A stretch of 64,000 nt of DNA from Octopus sinensis. Lineage: Eukaryota. Where the stretch lies: assembly GCF_006345805.1 (NCBI RefSeq), contig NC_043013.1:4712001-4776000 (forward strand), in the 5' to 3' direction. Each line of letters starts with the position of its first letter. The stretch's first letter is position 1. The notes below the pieces were generated by a model, which was given only the letters and a program-made list of their open reading frames with translations, was not told the origin of the DNA and made no database searches. Below, in pieces: positions 40,060 to 52,822 of the stretch. The translations under genes were made by a program, and so were the position numbers.

Positions 40060-43000
40060 CCCCACGTCTTCTCGACGTTTCCTTGCTTCTCCGTATCTCA
40101 GCAAATAGAACTCAGCAAAGCAATCTATATGAAAGAAAGCGTAAGTTTCAAAATTCAAAGAAACTGGTAGGTCGAGGAAATTAAGACAATACTCCTCGCA
40201 TGGAACTTGGCAGAATGTGCGTCGCCAAACACTCTTATTGCAGAGGCCCTGAAGAACTCTGGTTTTCATCGAACCATAGCTCAAATTGAGAGGAAAATGA
40301 ATGAGCTCATTTGCTCATATAGCTTAATACAATCACACTTGGAATTATTAGAGAAAATGTTTAAAGTGAAGGTAAAGGTACAGAAGGGTGAAAAAGAAAA
40401 AGAAGCTTGTGATCCCATAGAATCCGAAAAGGGTCAGGATAAGACCAAAAGAGAGGAACAAAACAAAGGAGACATCAACACTCTGGACAACTGTAAGTCC
40501 AATGAGAATGCCAAAATTCACCAGGAGAAACCAAGGGTGAAGGTATGTGTGGATGAGAAAAACAGCAGCAAAGTAAGGCAGGAGAAACAAACGAAAACAA
40601 AGGCACCAGTGGGCTGACGGGCTGAGAATGGACGTGGGCCCAAGTTGGGTTCACATGGAAAACGAAATAGAACATGCAAAGGTAATGGCTCTGGTAAAAA
40701 GGAAACCAAACTATTCTGCAAGTTCTATGTAAGCGGTACCTGCTGGAATGGTGACGTTGGGACAGACTGCAGATTTGCTCATCCCAAATTCCATATGAGC
40801 AGTGCTCAATCCACTCACTTGAAGACCAGGAAGAACAGCCTCCAACAACACAGCATCAGATCACAAGATGGAAGTGTGTAGTTGGTGCACGCACTGCTCC
40901 TAGGAAGAAACAAACTGTCGATGCAGTGCAGATAGCTGCTACTGAACAACAGGCATTTTTGGGGGTAGCTGACCTGGCTTCACCAGACACCCAGTATGAG
41001 GAACACTTACCAATATCCACAACCACTTCGAACAACAAAGGATCCGGGGTGGTTACCTATGACACTTCTGCATACGTCAAACCAGTGGCCACTACCGACA
41101 CCCTACATGTCAGTATTTTTGCTGAACATCAGGGGCCTCGTAACGTCTCAACAACGCAAAACACAGTACTTGAGCTACTCAGCGGCATGTAATCAAACAA
41201 TATGAGTGACACTAACGGAAACATATCTGAATGTGGACATATCAGATGCTGAGATACACATACCAGGGTATGTTGTGTTTCGAACTGACAGGAGAGAAAG
41301 GACTCATGGTGAAGTGGCAATATACATCCGGGAAGACATCACGCTTATGGTCCTGCTGTCACACTCAAACTCAGTCTGTGACACTCTGGCGGTGCACATT
41401 AAACAGATGAAACAAGTAATATGTACCATGTATCGCCCACCAGATGCTCCAGATCATGGGGATTCATTTGAAGAGAGCCTCCAAGAAATGAAAGAAGTAT
41501 TAGCCAGCCTGGATGACAGCCTGCCCATACTTCTTTAGGGGATTTTAACCTCCCTTGTGTCAAGTGACATGAGGGCCACCTTCTCTCGGGTACGTCACTG
41601 CATGGCCTGAGGCATAAAGAATATCTGCTTGACCTCACTAACATACTTTTTATGGGGTAAATAGTCCTCTACCCAGCAAGGGGGAAAATGTCCTGGACCT
41701 CTGTTTCACAAACAACACAGCGCTCATCCATAATTTTAGGGTGACACCGACGATTTTCTCGGACCGTAACTTAATGGAACTAACAATATATGGTCCGTAG
41801 AAGACTACAGCCATGCAGTCTTCTAGAAGCACCCGACTCCTCTCCTGCCTGAACTTTCACAAAGCTGATTGGAAAGGTATCGACAAAGAGGTCATGGAAC
41901 ACAACTGGTCTGCCAGTCTCTCTACAGAAGACAAAGACATAAAGTTACAACACTTTACGACAATCATGCATTCTATAGACATGCAAAAGAATCTCCTTCA
42001 GTACGCTAAAAAAATAGGGCCACTACTTGAAGAAAATGGCTCACCGACTGCAAACCCCCAAAGGATCAGTGAAATACTGAATGTGCAATATAAGAGTGCT
42101 TTCACTACTCCACTGGGACACTTGCAAATAACTATGCCAGATGAGTTCTTTGGCTCCACAGACCTACGCAACAAAATGGCAATTATTGACAGCATCAACA
42201 TAGAGGAAACTGATACGATATCAGCCATTGATGAGATGAGCTCAAACTCAGCAACAGGTCCTGATGGATTACCATCAACCCTCCAAAAGAAATGCAAAGG
42301 GACTCTAGCTAGACAACTTTAGATTCTCTTCCAGAGTTTCTTCACAACAGGGAGTCTTCCCAAAAAGTTAAAGGAAGGCATTATATGCCCTATCCATAAG
42401 GGAGGTGGCAGAGTAGACGCTAAGAATTATAGACCTGACTCTCTAACTTTCCATGTCCGTAAAGTCATGAAGCGCATTGTCAGGAAGAAATTAATTGCGT
42501 TCCTTGAAGATAATGACTTGCTTCCTGATACCCAGCATGGCTTTCGCTCAGACACAAGCTGCCTTACACAGCTTTTGCAACACTATGACTGGGTGTTAAA
42601 ACAATTAATGAATCGCTCAAATGTAAATGTAATATAACTCGACTTTGCAAAGGCCCTTGATAAGGTTGATCATGGGATGATATGTCACAAACTACGGAGT
42701 CTCGGCATAACTGGGGAAATTGGAGAGTGGTTGCATAACTTCTTAAAAGACAGAAACCAGGCTGTAGTAGCCAACGGATTAATCTCCACGAAAACATTAA
42801 GAGAAAGTGGAGTGCCTCAGGAAACTGCATTGGGGCCACTATTGTTCATGGTGGCTCTTTCACACATGCCATCATTAACACAGATAGCCACACTTGCTAG
42901 CTATGCTGACGACACAAAAGTAGTACAAGCAGTCAAGGAACCTTCTGATGCTAATCTTCTACAGAAAGACCTAAACGCTATATATAAATGGGCTGAGGAC

Positions 43001-43760
43001 AACAACATGCAATTTAATGCATGCTAATTCCAAGCCCTCTGCTACCAGATAATTGGTACTCAGAAGTCACAACAACGATACTTTGGGCTGAAAGGAGCGA
43101 CAATCTTAGAATTACATATGGTGCGTGATCTTGAGATTGATATGAGCAATGATACCTCGTTTCACATGTCATCAAGATGGTGACAGTGTATGGGTAAATG
43201 GCCGAATGGATTCTGAGAAGCTTCAAAACAAGAGACCAAGAAATTATGCTGGTCCTGTGGAGGACATTTGTCCTCAGCCGTATGGACTACTGCTCTCTAC
43301 TGTGGTCACCTTATACTATAGGATTAATAGCAGAACTTGAGGCGGTTCAGCGATGCTACACAAAGAAGATTGCATCAATGGAATAACTGAGTTACTGAGA
43401 GAGACTGAAAGAGCTACGACTCTACTCCCGGGAGCGAAGACGAGGGAGGTATGCAGTGATATATGTGTGGAAGATACTTGAGGGGCTGGCACCAAACTTT
43501 GGAATTGACAGTTATCCCAGACCTTGAAATAGACGTCACTGCACTCTTTCAAAAGTCCCAGCTGTCTCATCTAAAGCAAGAACTATGTGCTGTAATAACT
43601 TGGGATTCAAGGGCCCACAGCTATTTAACTCCTTGCCAAAACATCTGAGGGATTTCCATGGAGTGGGAGTAGCTGTTATCAAGAAACACCAAGATCCCAG
43701 ATGAACCAATATCAAGGCAGGAAACTCAAAGGAGGGCAGCGGTATCATCCCCCAAATTCT
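40060..43760 (+). mobile_element. CR1/L2-group LINE, near full length, degraded (ORF1 with CCCH finger; APE plus RT ORF2)
   Basis: CKFYVSGTCWNGDVGTDCRFAHP; LTETYL, YVVFRTDR, GDFNLP; NYRP, QHGFR, DFAKALDKVDH, GVPQETALGP, YADDTK. Confidence 0.92.
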
Positions 43761-43779
43761 TGTAGAATTCTTCAATAAT

Positions 43780-44216
43780 CCGCTGAGCGAAGCCTACTTA
43801 TATTTTGTTCACATTTTTTAATGTTTTAGAAACAGGATTTTGAAGATAGAATAAAGAGAAAACAACATTATTGAAATGCTTGGCTGTTTAAAAGAACTTG
43901 TTGCAATTATAAAGGAAAGAATTAATGAAAAGTTCATTCCTCTCAGTATGAAGGATTGCCTTAATGACGATGTCAAATCTGAAGAGAAAAAGAAATTTCT
44001 ACTTAAAGTGGATAACTACTACGGCACTTGCCATGACTATCTTAAGAAATGGGTTTCGTCTTTTGAAAATTTTGGTAACTTTACATGGATATTATTAGAT
44101 ACAGTCCCAACATGAGAACATGTAGAATCGTCTTGTCTAGTGTTAACGGACAAAGGTATAAAAACTGACGAATTTAAGAGTGTCCCATGTATCTAATTTT
44201 CTAATCTGGCAACCCT
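43780..44216 (+). mobile_element. hAT-like transposase fragment with right terminus
   Basis: ORF 43876-44115 is transposase-like; ends in TCTGGCAACCCTA (TAGGGTTGCCA-type TIR). Confidence 0.5.
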
Positions 44217-44454
44217 ACATGTACGATTCAACTCCATTGCGTGACATCTTGGGAAGTATCTTTTACTGTGGACCTAGGCTAACCCAAGCCACGTGAATGA
44301 AACTGAGCAGATGTAGGATAGGTTGTGCCTCTAAATCAAAATTCACTCTAGTCACATGTTGTCACATTGATTCTCCAACGTGCACGCACGACGCACTGTT
44401 AACAATTGAATATTCATCGTCCAAACCGATGGGGAATCCTTTTTATATTTGTCT

Positions 44455-44668
44455 GTGCATGTATGTATATATGTGTATGTATATCTCAGTGTGTATGTAT
44501 ATATGTGTATGTATATCTCAGTGTGTATGTATATATGTGTATGTATATCTCAGTGTGTATGTATATATGTGTATGTATATCTCAGTGTGTATGTATATGT
44601 GTGTATGTATATCTCAGTGTGTATGTATATATGTGTATGTATATCTCAGTGTGTACGTATGTATGTAA
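44455..44668. repeat. 32-bp minisatellite, about 6 copies
   Basis: CTCAG recurs at 44485, 44517, 44549, 44581, 44613, 44645. Confidence 0.95.
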
Positions 44669-45329
44669 ATCAACAATGAGATTGCTTTCACAAGTCTTCT
44701 AAAAGTATGTTATTTCTTGATTTGTCCTAAAGAAAGGCTGTAACATCTGTACGTGTTACTGTCTTTCTTTTGCAGGTTTGGAGTTTTTTGGTTTGCTCTG
44801 TAAAAATATCGTTTAAATTAAGGCAGCATGTGGACTTGACAAGCTGTGATTTATTTAAATATAATGGAAATTTTGAGAAAGAAAATAATAAAATTAATTA
44901 TAATCTCCAGGATCAATACTAAAACCTAATAAAATCTAACATTACTTTCAAAGTGCGATAACTTGACGATGACAAAATTGAATATCTTTTCATTCCGTTG
45001 AATAAGTACATATTTGTGTTTGCATCCACAGTTGCGTTTGGAATTACTTTAGATCAGATTTAATCTATACTATATTTTATTTTTAATTGATTTAAATTGA
45101 TTTACATTAATTATTGAGTATTATTTTTCTTGGTTAGAATTAATCATTAACATAATGATTTCTAATTAATTACATCTCATTGCTCACTATATTAATATCT
45201 ACTTTATAACACTGAGTATGTGTGTGTGAGTAAGATCAGACTATTTTGAGAAAATTTTTCCTTGATTTGATTCATCATCCTCATCATTTTACATCCCGTC
45301 CATTCACCATCCTTGCATACATTTGATGA

Positions 45330-46500
45330 GTGATTACTGGACCAGTTCAGGCGAGGGAAGTGCGACTGCGTGTGATGGTCGAGGGGAGGAAGTCCCGATG
45401 CTTTAAATGTGGCCATAACGGCCACATAAGTTCGGAGTGCAAACCTCTCCCAGAAAACGAAGCTCTGCCTGAAAAAGAACCAGAAAAGAGACAGAAAGCG
45501 AAATATAAGTGTCCGAGATGGAGAGCGATAAGGACGTCGAAGGGGGTAGGGGAGTTGCAAAAATGAAAAAAAAAAGAAAAGAAAAGACTGTCCCCCCCCC
45601 CCCCCCCAATAGTCCTACAGCAAAAAAAAAAAAGAGAGAAATCACTACCCGAGCCAGAATGAAATACCCTGCCCAAGTCCCACCCATCCCGTGCATACAT
45701 GGCAGCAATAGCTGCTAGAAATGGCAATTTTGTTTCAGAACTTCATGATGCTGACGATACGCATGATTTGACCCAGAAATATGAACATAGGACATCCAAT
45801 GGGATTCTTATTTTTTCTATGACCAGAGACAATTATAACAAATTTTGAGATAAATACAATAAAGATATGGGCCCTTGAGGTTGGACTTTTCCTCACAGAT
45901 GTTTGAGGGCCTCATGGATATTACCCCGCAAGCCTCGGAGGAAGAAAAGGAAGAGGGGTTAAGTAATTGAATTTTTTCATGGACACTCTTAATGTTGGAT
46001 GTATAAATGTGCACAGCCTGAGGTCGACTTGGAAATAAGCCCGTTCCCTATATGACCTCAGGTCGCTCCGTTTGCGACTGAGATCATGTGGAAGACCCAT
46101 GTGAAAGGTATTGTAACAAGCACTTTCATCCCCAGCCTTGGTCTGGTGAGACTCTTATCCTTCCGCCTAAAAAGGAAGATAAAGGTTGAGAAGGAGGTCT
46201 ATTGCCGGATGTATACAAGAAAAGATGGGAAATAGTAGCAAGAATGGTAGGAGTGAACATCTCCAATTAAGAGTGTCCTGAAAGTTTTCCCAAAGGTAGC
46301 AGTGGTGGACCGGAGCTTGCGGGGCCGGAAGCGGAACCCGTTCCCGACTTCATTGTTTGTCTTTTTCCACTATTTCTCATTCGAACTTTTAACAATATTT
46401 TTAAGATTGTTATTCGATTGTTCATATTTGCGTTTGTTCATACCGGCCCCAATTCACTGTATTGTCCCTTCTATGTTTAGCCCCCTGTGGGCAATAAAGA
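45330..46500 (+). mobile_element. Internally deleted Tx1-like LINE (ORF1 3' half, ORF2 start fused to ORF2 end, 3' UTR)
   Basis: VMVEGRKSRCFKCGHNGHISSEC; MDTLNVGCINVHSL at about 45977; FRLKRKIKVEKE; terminal GGCAATAAAGA. Confidence 0.8.
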
Positions 46501-46549
46501 ACCAAGTTCTTATTAAAGTTGCTACTCTCTTAAACATTTGCGTTTTCTT

Positions 46550-47610
46550 ATATTTTAGGCGGTAAAAGATATCTATTTTTATTCAAAAATTCCTTAAACT
46601 AAAATCATATTTGGTGAGGAGTAATATAAGAATCAAAGAAGAATGCATAATTTTTACGTATATAAAAACTTAAATGGCTTATACTACATGTAAACGACAG
46701 AGAAATTATTCAGAAAAGCGCTTACAAAATATTTTTAAAAATGGATTTATTTCAAAAACTTATTCGAATTTCAAGTTATAAACAAATTTTCATTAGAAAA
46801 ATTATATTATGTTGCATTTGAATATTCAATATACACTGCGTTTTAAATAATTAATGGCATAGCATTTTTATTTAAAAACTACTTGTTGGAATTCAATGAA
46901 ATTTTCACAGAATAATGGCTTCAGTAATATACCCGTGGTGTGTAAAAAACCTGAAGTCTCGTAAAACAACACAGAAAATATGGCCATTTACCAAATTTAC
47001 GTAAACTTTCACAGTTTCAAATTATCAGTGAGATGTAATTAAAACTCATGCAAACAATAGAATACCGGTTTGTTTAATGCACATTCTGAAGTAAACACAT
47101 ACATGGAAGAAATAGGAATAAACAGCGTTCGAAAATGATCGGTAAGCTGGTTAGTAAGGCAAATATGAGCATTTGTTTGATATAAGTTGGAAAAGACGCT
47201 GGTCCATGGAACATGCTAATTTCTGGATCTCCGCTGATGTTATACCAAGAGATACATCCATTATTGCCTGCCACAGTCCATCTTTGCCCCTAAATTGGCG
47301 TCCATTCTCGTAAACTAGTTGCTTTAGAATACTACACAGGTTTTTTTTTATTGGACTTAAGTCAAGGAAACAAGGCAGGCCACTTCATCTTCCGAGGTTC
47401 ACAGAAGCTTAATTCTCGCAGATACTCTAGTTTTCTTCGCTAAGTGCGAGGACGCATTATCTTGCATGAATATTATGATTGTCTTCCAAGCGCGCCTTCA
47501 GAAAGGCTATGTAAGCGTCGGCAGTCATTTTAACACTGTCTGGCACTTTCCAAGGACCAACCGTAATACCTCTGTATGATCCAAGAAAGCCATTGATGTT
47601 GTCCCGCCAG
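46550..47610 (-). mobile_element. Tc1-like transposase C-terminal fragment
   Basis: IIFMQDNASSH, MKWPA, VYENGRQF...LWQAI...SMDQRLFQLI. Confidence 0.8.
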
Positions 47611-47619
47611 AGTACAGTG

Positions 47620-48300
47620 CTGCTATGGCAACCTCAACCAATCAGAAATGGGTGCGTATTAATACTAGAAGCAGTTATCCACTCCATAGCTAAGCGCACG
47701 TTTTTCGATAGTCAGCGGAAGAACATGTAACGGGAATTAGTTGCTTCTTGCACTTTTGGGGTGCAACTCGGGTGCATTCACAATTTCCGTTCCTTAAATT
47801 TCCAGATTCTACCAGTCAAAGGACACAAACGCAACAGTAAAAATATATACTCTTTATTTTTCTTATAACAGTAAGAAATAAGGTGGTATATTTGGTTCCA
47901 CTTGGTTCTGGATGTGGCAAGGCTGAACTTTAACGCTTGTAAGAATCTTACAAGTTCAGCAGCAAACAGAGCTGGTCAAATATGGCGTCCTTAGAGAGCG
48001 AAGAAAATACGTTGGTATCGAAAGCCTTCTGCCGACTGCTACGTGTCTCTGTACCCTTTGTTGGGTACGCTCCTTCGCCTATCAACTATTGCCACATCAT
48101 CATTTCCTTCTTCCGGTCTTCGCGCATGCGCGAGAGGGCACTTACCCTTTCAGAAGGCTCCAACTCCGCACACGCGAACTGAAGATGACGTTGCGCGCGC
48201 GCGCGCGCACTGTTGGATAGCGTCACTACAAACACGACACGGACAACATCGCTTCTTCATCGCAAAACAGTTCCTGGTTTTCTCACCAACTTAGCACCGC
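47620..48300. promoter_or_regulatory. CpG-rich, housekeeping-type promoter-like island
   Basis: High CpG density, CCAATCAG (about 47638), AATATGGCG (YY1-like), CTTCCGG (ETS-like), GCGCATGCGC (NRF1-like), (GC)8, and a strong minus-strand donor AGG|GTAAGT near 48145. Confidence 0.6.
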
Positions 48301-48306
48301 AAACTT

Positions 48307-48560
48307 ATGAATCAAATTCATCTCTCAACGCCGACCCATATCATGATCATCCCATTACGTTTTTGTCAACTTCACCTTTCCAGTTAGTCTTTATCTACAC
48401 AACTCTACATATGTCATGAGTGGTTTATTTCCATCTCAGCTAGTTTTGTCTCTGCTAGCTGTTTACGGCTACAACTAAATCAATTATTCAATCGTAAGTT
48501 TTATCGCTTTTCTTTGTCTCCTACACATACGCCCGTTTCGCTCATCACTCGTCAACTCTT
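48307..48560 (+). pseudogene. Frameshifted DAD1/OST2-like relic
   Basis: 48419-48480 reads SG/FISISASFVSASCLRLQLN (one T missing after G), aligning without gaps to the DAD1 segment [21 protein letters not shown] as I recall it; flanks align only weakly. Confidence 0.5.
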
Positions 48561-48606
48561 ATTACTATTTTAATAAAGTTACTATGTGTTGTTTAAAAAC
48601 TGCCTT

Positions 48607-48950
48607 GGATCTTTTCCTTTTGAACGGCACTTTGTAACATAATTTCTAGGTAACTAAAAAGTTTTAAACTTCGTATACTGGTAGAATGTGTTTATAAAAC
48701 ATCATTTTCTCTTTGCTTTATTGAGAAAATTCTATAGTTTGTAAGATATTTCGTCTGAAATTTCTTGCATTTCGGCAATTTAACCAATCAATTACCTCCA
48801 TTGCCATAAGTAACATTCTGTGCATAATGAATATGTCCCTCCTTCAAGAAACAGATTGGATTTATTTACATTTGTGAAGAAAAAAGATACCCTAACCCTA
48901 ACCCTAACTAACCTTAAATCTAAAATAGATTGAAATGCAATAGATCGATA
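48607..48950. mobile_element. One arm of the Merlin-like telomere-repeat MITE family
   Basis: Starts GGATCTTTTCCTTTTGA, shares AAACTTCGTATACTGGTAGAATGTG with the 9.0-9.1 kb arm, then CCCTAACCCTAACCCTAA. Confidence 0.75.
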
Positions 48951-49129
48951 CTGCCTCTAAGCAATAATGGCTGAACACCTCTAAGTCAGATCGAAGTTGT
49001 TTCTTTCAAGCATCTCAACTTCAAGGCACATGCTTTAGTTCAGCATGTGCCTTCAGCCAGTTGCATCCATGTGGTGAGTGGTGACATTGCCATTCTGGAG
49101 CATCACTTCAGCACCATCCCACTCAATTT

Positions 49130-49470
49130 GTTTGAAGACACTGAGAAAAAAAAAGCATTGACGACGCCGTGGTGATCTCATTCTTGCTCACAACATCATA
49201 AACGGAAAGTGTAACCTCTCGAAAGAGCTGTTCTTCACTCCTGCCCCAGAGCATCGGCTGCAGGGTCACTTCGAAAAGCTCTATCTGCAACGATTTCATC
49301 TCAATCGAAGGAGAGGGGCTTCCTCCGTCCGGGTTGCAGATCCATGGAATAAGCTGCCGGACGGGATGGTGAAGATGCCGACGACCGCTCGGTTCAAAGT
49401 CTCCCTTGACCACAAATGGCCTGAACTCTTTGCATGAACACCCTCCCTGTACATAACTCCATGTCCCCCT
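49130..49470 (+). mobile_element. CR1-like LINE 3' end
   Basis: GHFEKLY...VRVADPWNKLPDGMV...FKVSLD. Confidence 0.75.
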
Positions 49471-50131
49471 ACATGGCCTTGCTTTTTGCTTTTTGAGCCA
49501 AAAAATTAACTAACTAACATAAGACACAACTTGCTATTTGGAGCAGAGCAGCTACCACATGCTATTCACAAGAAGAGACCCAATCGAGTCTCTTCTCAAG
49601 ATGCATGACATCAGGTGTGTAGTAGCAGCATAGCAGTATCAGAGGCAATGTAGAAGAAACTTTGTCGCTGGCATGCAGATCAGCAACGACCTGCCCTACC
49701 ACTGTGTGCAGTGATATGCATGCCTTGTAAAAACTCTTTTGTCTTTCAACTCCCACAATTACAGGTGTAGCAGGGCTCCAGCCACAACTTCATCCTTTCC
49801 TTGCACTCTAATTTGTTTTCCTTTCATGTTAGGCATACACCAGGTGACCTTACTCCTTTCCACCAGTAAACAGTGTTTGCGACACTTTACCTGAGGTAGG
49901 TAGTCTTACACTCAGCCTAACAAGTCAAGGAATTGCTGCACCAACCATTTCACAAGCATGTGCAGCATTTGTTGGGCGCACTCCTCTTTTCCTCTTTGTT
50001 GCCTGCAAAAGCTGACATCTCATGCATAAATGCTCGTTATTTGTTGCCAAACTGCTTCTGCTGTTCTTCCTCTCAAAACTGCTCTTGGATGATGATGCTG
50101 GCTTAGACTCAGAACTGGTGCACCTATGGTA

Positions 50132-50357
50132 CCTATTTCTTTACTACCCACAAGGGGTTAAACACAGAGGGGACAAACAAGGGCAGACACACGGATTAAG
50201 TCGATTACATCGGCCCCAATGCATAACTGGTACTTATTTAATCGACCCCGAAAGGATGAAAGGCAAAGTCGACCTCGGCAGAATTTGAACTCAGAACGTA
50301 ACAGCAGACGAAATACCGCTAAGCATTTCGCCCGGCGTGCTAACGTTTCTGCCAGCT
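50132..50357 (-). mobile_element. SINE family 2
   Basis: Matches the 17452-17680 unit. Confidence 0.92.
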
Positions 50358-51157
50358 TACCTTGACTAATGTGAATGGGTATCAGGCTTCATACCGCTTA
50401 TCACTGGCTGCAAAGGTGAAGCTTTGCTAATTCCATTAGCCTACTGACAACCTGCTTTCCATTTGAGACCAGGTGTCATTGACTTCTCGCTTTCCTTAGC
50501 CAATACATCACCTGTGGCCATGCCTGATTCTTGAAGTTGCCCAACACCAACAATTCTCATGCAAGTCTAGGAAGTGAACATGTGTTATGAGCTGACACAT
50601 AACTCACTCCCTCCATCACACAAAGCATCATCAGCATGTGCTAACATGCTCATGCAGGCTGCCATTACCACGTGCTTGATCCTATTCAGCCAACAACAGG
50701 TCAGTAGTTGGGGAACATTTACACTCAGTGACCATTGCACCTCCAGCAGTTGCCAATGACTATAAACAGGCACAGACAAGAATTTGGCATGGTACTCCCG
50801 ACAGCCAAGCTGAAGCTTTGTCACTTCCATCAGGATGCAGGCTTGCTACAGTCCATCCACAGCTGAAACATCACTATCCCTGGCTAGCATGTCACTGGTA
50901 CCCACACCTGGTGCCAGTGCCCACATAAAAATGTTCACATGTTATTCCTGCCATCACACCACACTGATGATTCCTGCAGGTTAATAAGTGCCAACCAGAC
51001 TCTGTGCAAGTGTTGCATGTGTCCATGTGTTATGCAACACCCAAGTGTCCAGTGTCCAGCCACTGCTGTGTGTCATGCTCATGCTTGTCCTCCTTTTCTT
51101 ACTCCATCTAATGACTATACGGTAAGTCACTCTGTTCTGGTGCCAATACACTAACAG

Positions 51158-51550
51158 AGGCGCAGGAGTGGCTGTGTGGTAAGTAGCTTGCTTACCAACC
51201 ACATGGTTCCGGGTTCAGTCACACTGCAGGGCACCTTGGGCAAGTGTCTTCTACTATAGCCTCGGGCCGACTAAAACCTTGTGAGTGGATTTGGTAGACG
51301 GAAACTGAAAGAAGCCCGTCGTATATATGTATATATATATATGCGTGTGTGTGTTTGTCCCCCTAGCATTGCTGGACAACCGATGCTGGTGTGTTTATGT
51401 CCCCGTCACTTAGCGGTTCGGCAAAAGAGACCGATAGAATAAGTACTGGGATTACAAAAGAATAAGTCCCGGGGGTCGAGCTGCTCGATTAAAGGCGGTG
51501 CTCCAGCATGGCCGCAGTCAAATGACTGAAACAAGTAAAAGAGTAAGAGT
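51158..51550 (+). mobile_element. SINE family 1, full length (shows the unoccupied target site)
   Basis: Head ...GGTAAGTAGCTTGCTTACCAACC... is contiguous; tail GTAAAAGAGTAAGAG. Confidence 0.93.
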
Positions 51551-52822
51551 ATAAAGGTCGATGCATTTGCGAGAGAACAAGCATGCTTACACTTCTGATG
51601 CTTGCCGATGAATACAAATGGATGTACAACCAAAGTTGTGACAACCTGTTTGCTGTGATGCTTAAGTTTCTCTGCTGCCCGACAGCATCTGCACTTTGTC
51701 TACTGCCAGAAGTGTGTGATGGACCAGCCATATACGTTCTACAACATTCCTGAAAGCCAGCCGCCACTGCCTTGTGATTGTTCTTCTGCTGCAGCTTCTG
51801 CTTATACTCACACTCCATCCAATCCAGCTGACGACAGTCTGTTGCCCCATGCTCCACACTGACACCTGAGCAGGACAGAGCCATAATTGATGTGTTAGTT
51901 GCAGGGGAACATTGCACTCTACAATTTAGGGTTTTTGCCAATCAGATGAGGTTTGAATTTGAAGCTTCGTTCACAATGCACTCTTCCATTTTGTGTTTGT
52001 TGATGTACATACATGCCTTTAGATCTCCGCAGGTGAATTCTCAATAAGCCACCACCATCATCTCATCTATTTGCATGTGAGCACCCTTTCCGCCCTCCAC
52101 CTTGCTCACTTGTACATACCCACTCCTAACCCCCTTTGCATCCTCCCAACGATGTTATCACCCTGTCCCTGACCACTTCCAATAGCCAGCATGCTGGGGA
52201 AGCTCACACCGCCCTCAATATTTGAATAATATTCTATTTCATCAACCTTGAAGGAATAAAAAGCAAAGGTGACCACAGCAAGATTTGAACTTGGACTGCA
52301 AAGAGCTGGAAGAAATGATGCTAAGCATTTTGTCCGATGTGCTAATGATTCAGCTAGCTTGCCTTATATATATTACAGAGTGTACTGGTGCTTTTCACAT
52401 GGCACCAATAGCAGAGAAGTCACCAAATAACTTACAGGACAAGACCTCTCGACAGGGGGAGGAGTAGTACTGCGGGACAGAAAGGATGTCTTGCATTAAA
52501 AGAGAGATCTGGTTACCTCACATGGAGAGAAAGATGATGTTACAAAGAGGAGGCAGGGGCCATACGCCCAAGTTACAGGGTGGTGTATATAGTGAAGTGG
52601 ATTGGGGGTTAGAGTGGGTTCACAAGATTTCAAAAGGAGTGGAAGCCAGAAGGATTTAACAGAGGCATATTATGTGAAGGGAGAATGGAGAGAAGAGAAA
52701 AACAGTGGTGGTGAGCATGAATGGATTGTAGGGGATGAAGAAACAGCCTGGTAAGCATGGATGGGCTGTGATGGAGGGAGGGGAATCACGGACATGGACC
52801 TTACTTGGCTCAGCAGGTCTTC

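Noticed and set aside
44455-44668. Regular 32-bp repeats resembling a CRISPR array
   Set aside because: The units are contiguous with no unique spacers, in eukaryotic DNA with no cas genes; this is a minisatellite.
47982-48182. 66-aa ORF MASLESEENTL... as a gene
   Set aside because: No recognisable homology and only a weak donor (GTATCG); ATGGCG may be just a YY1-type motif.
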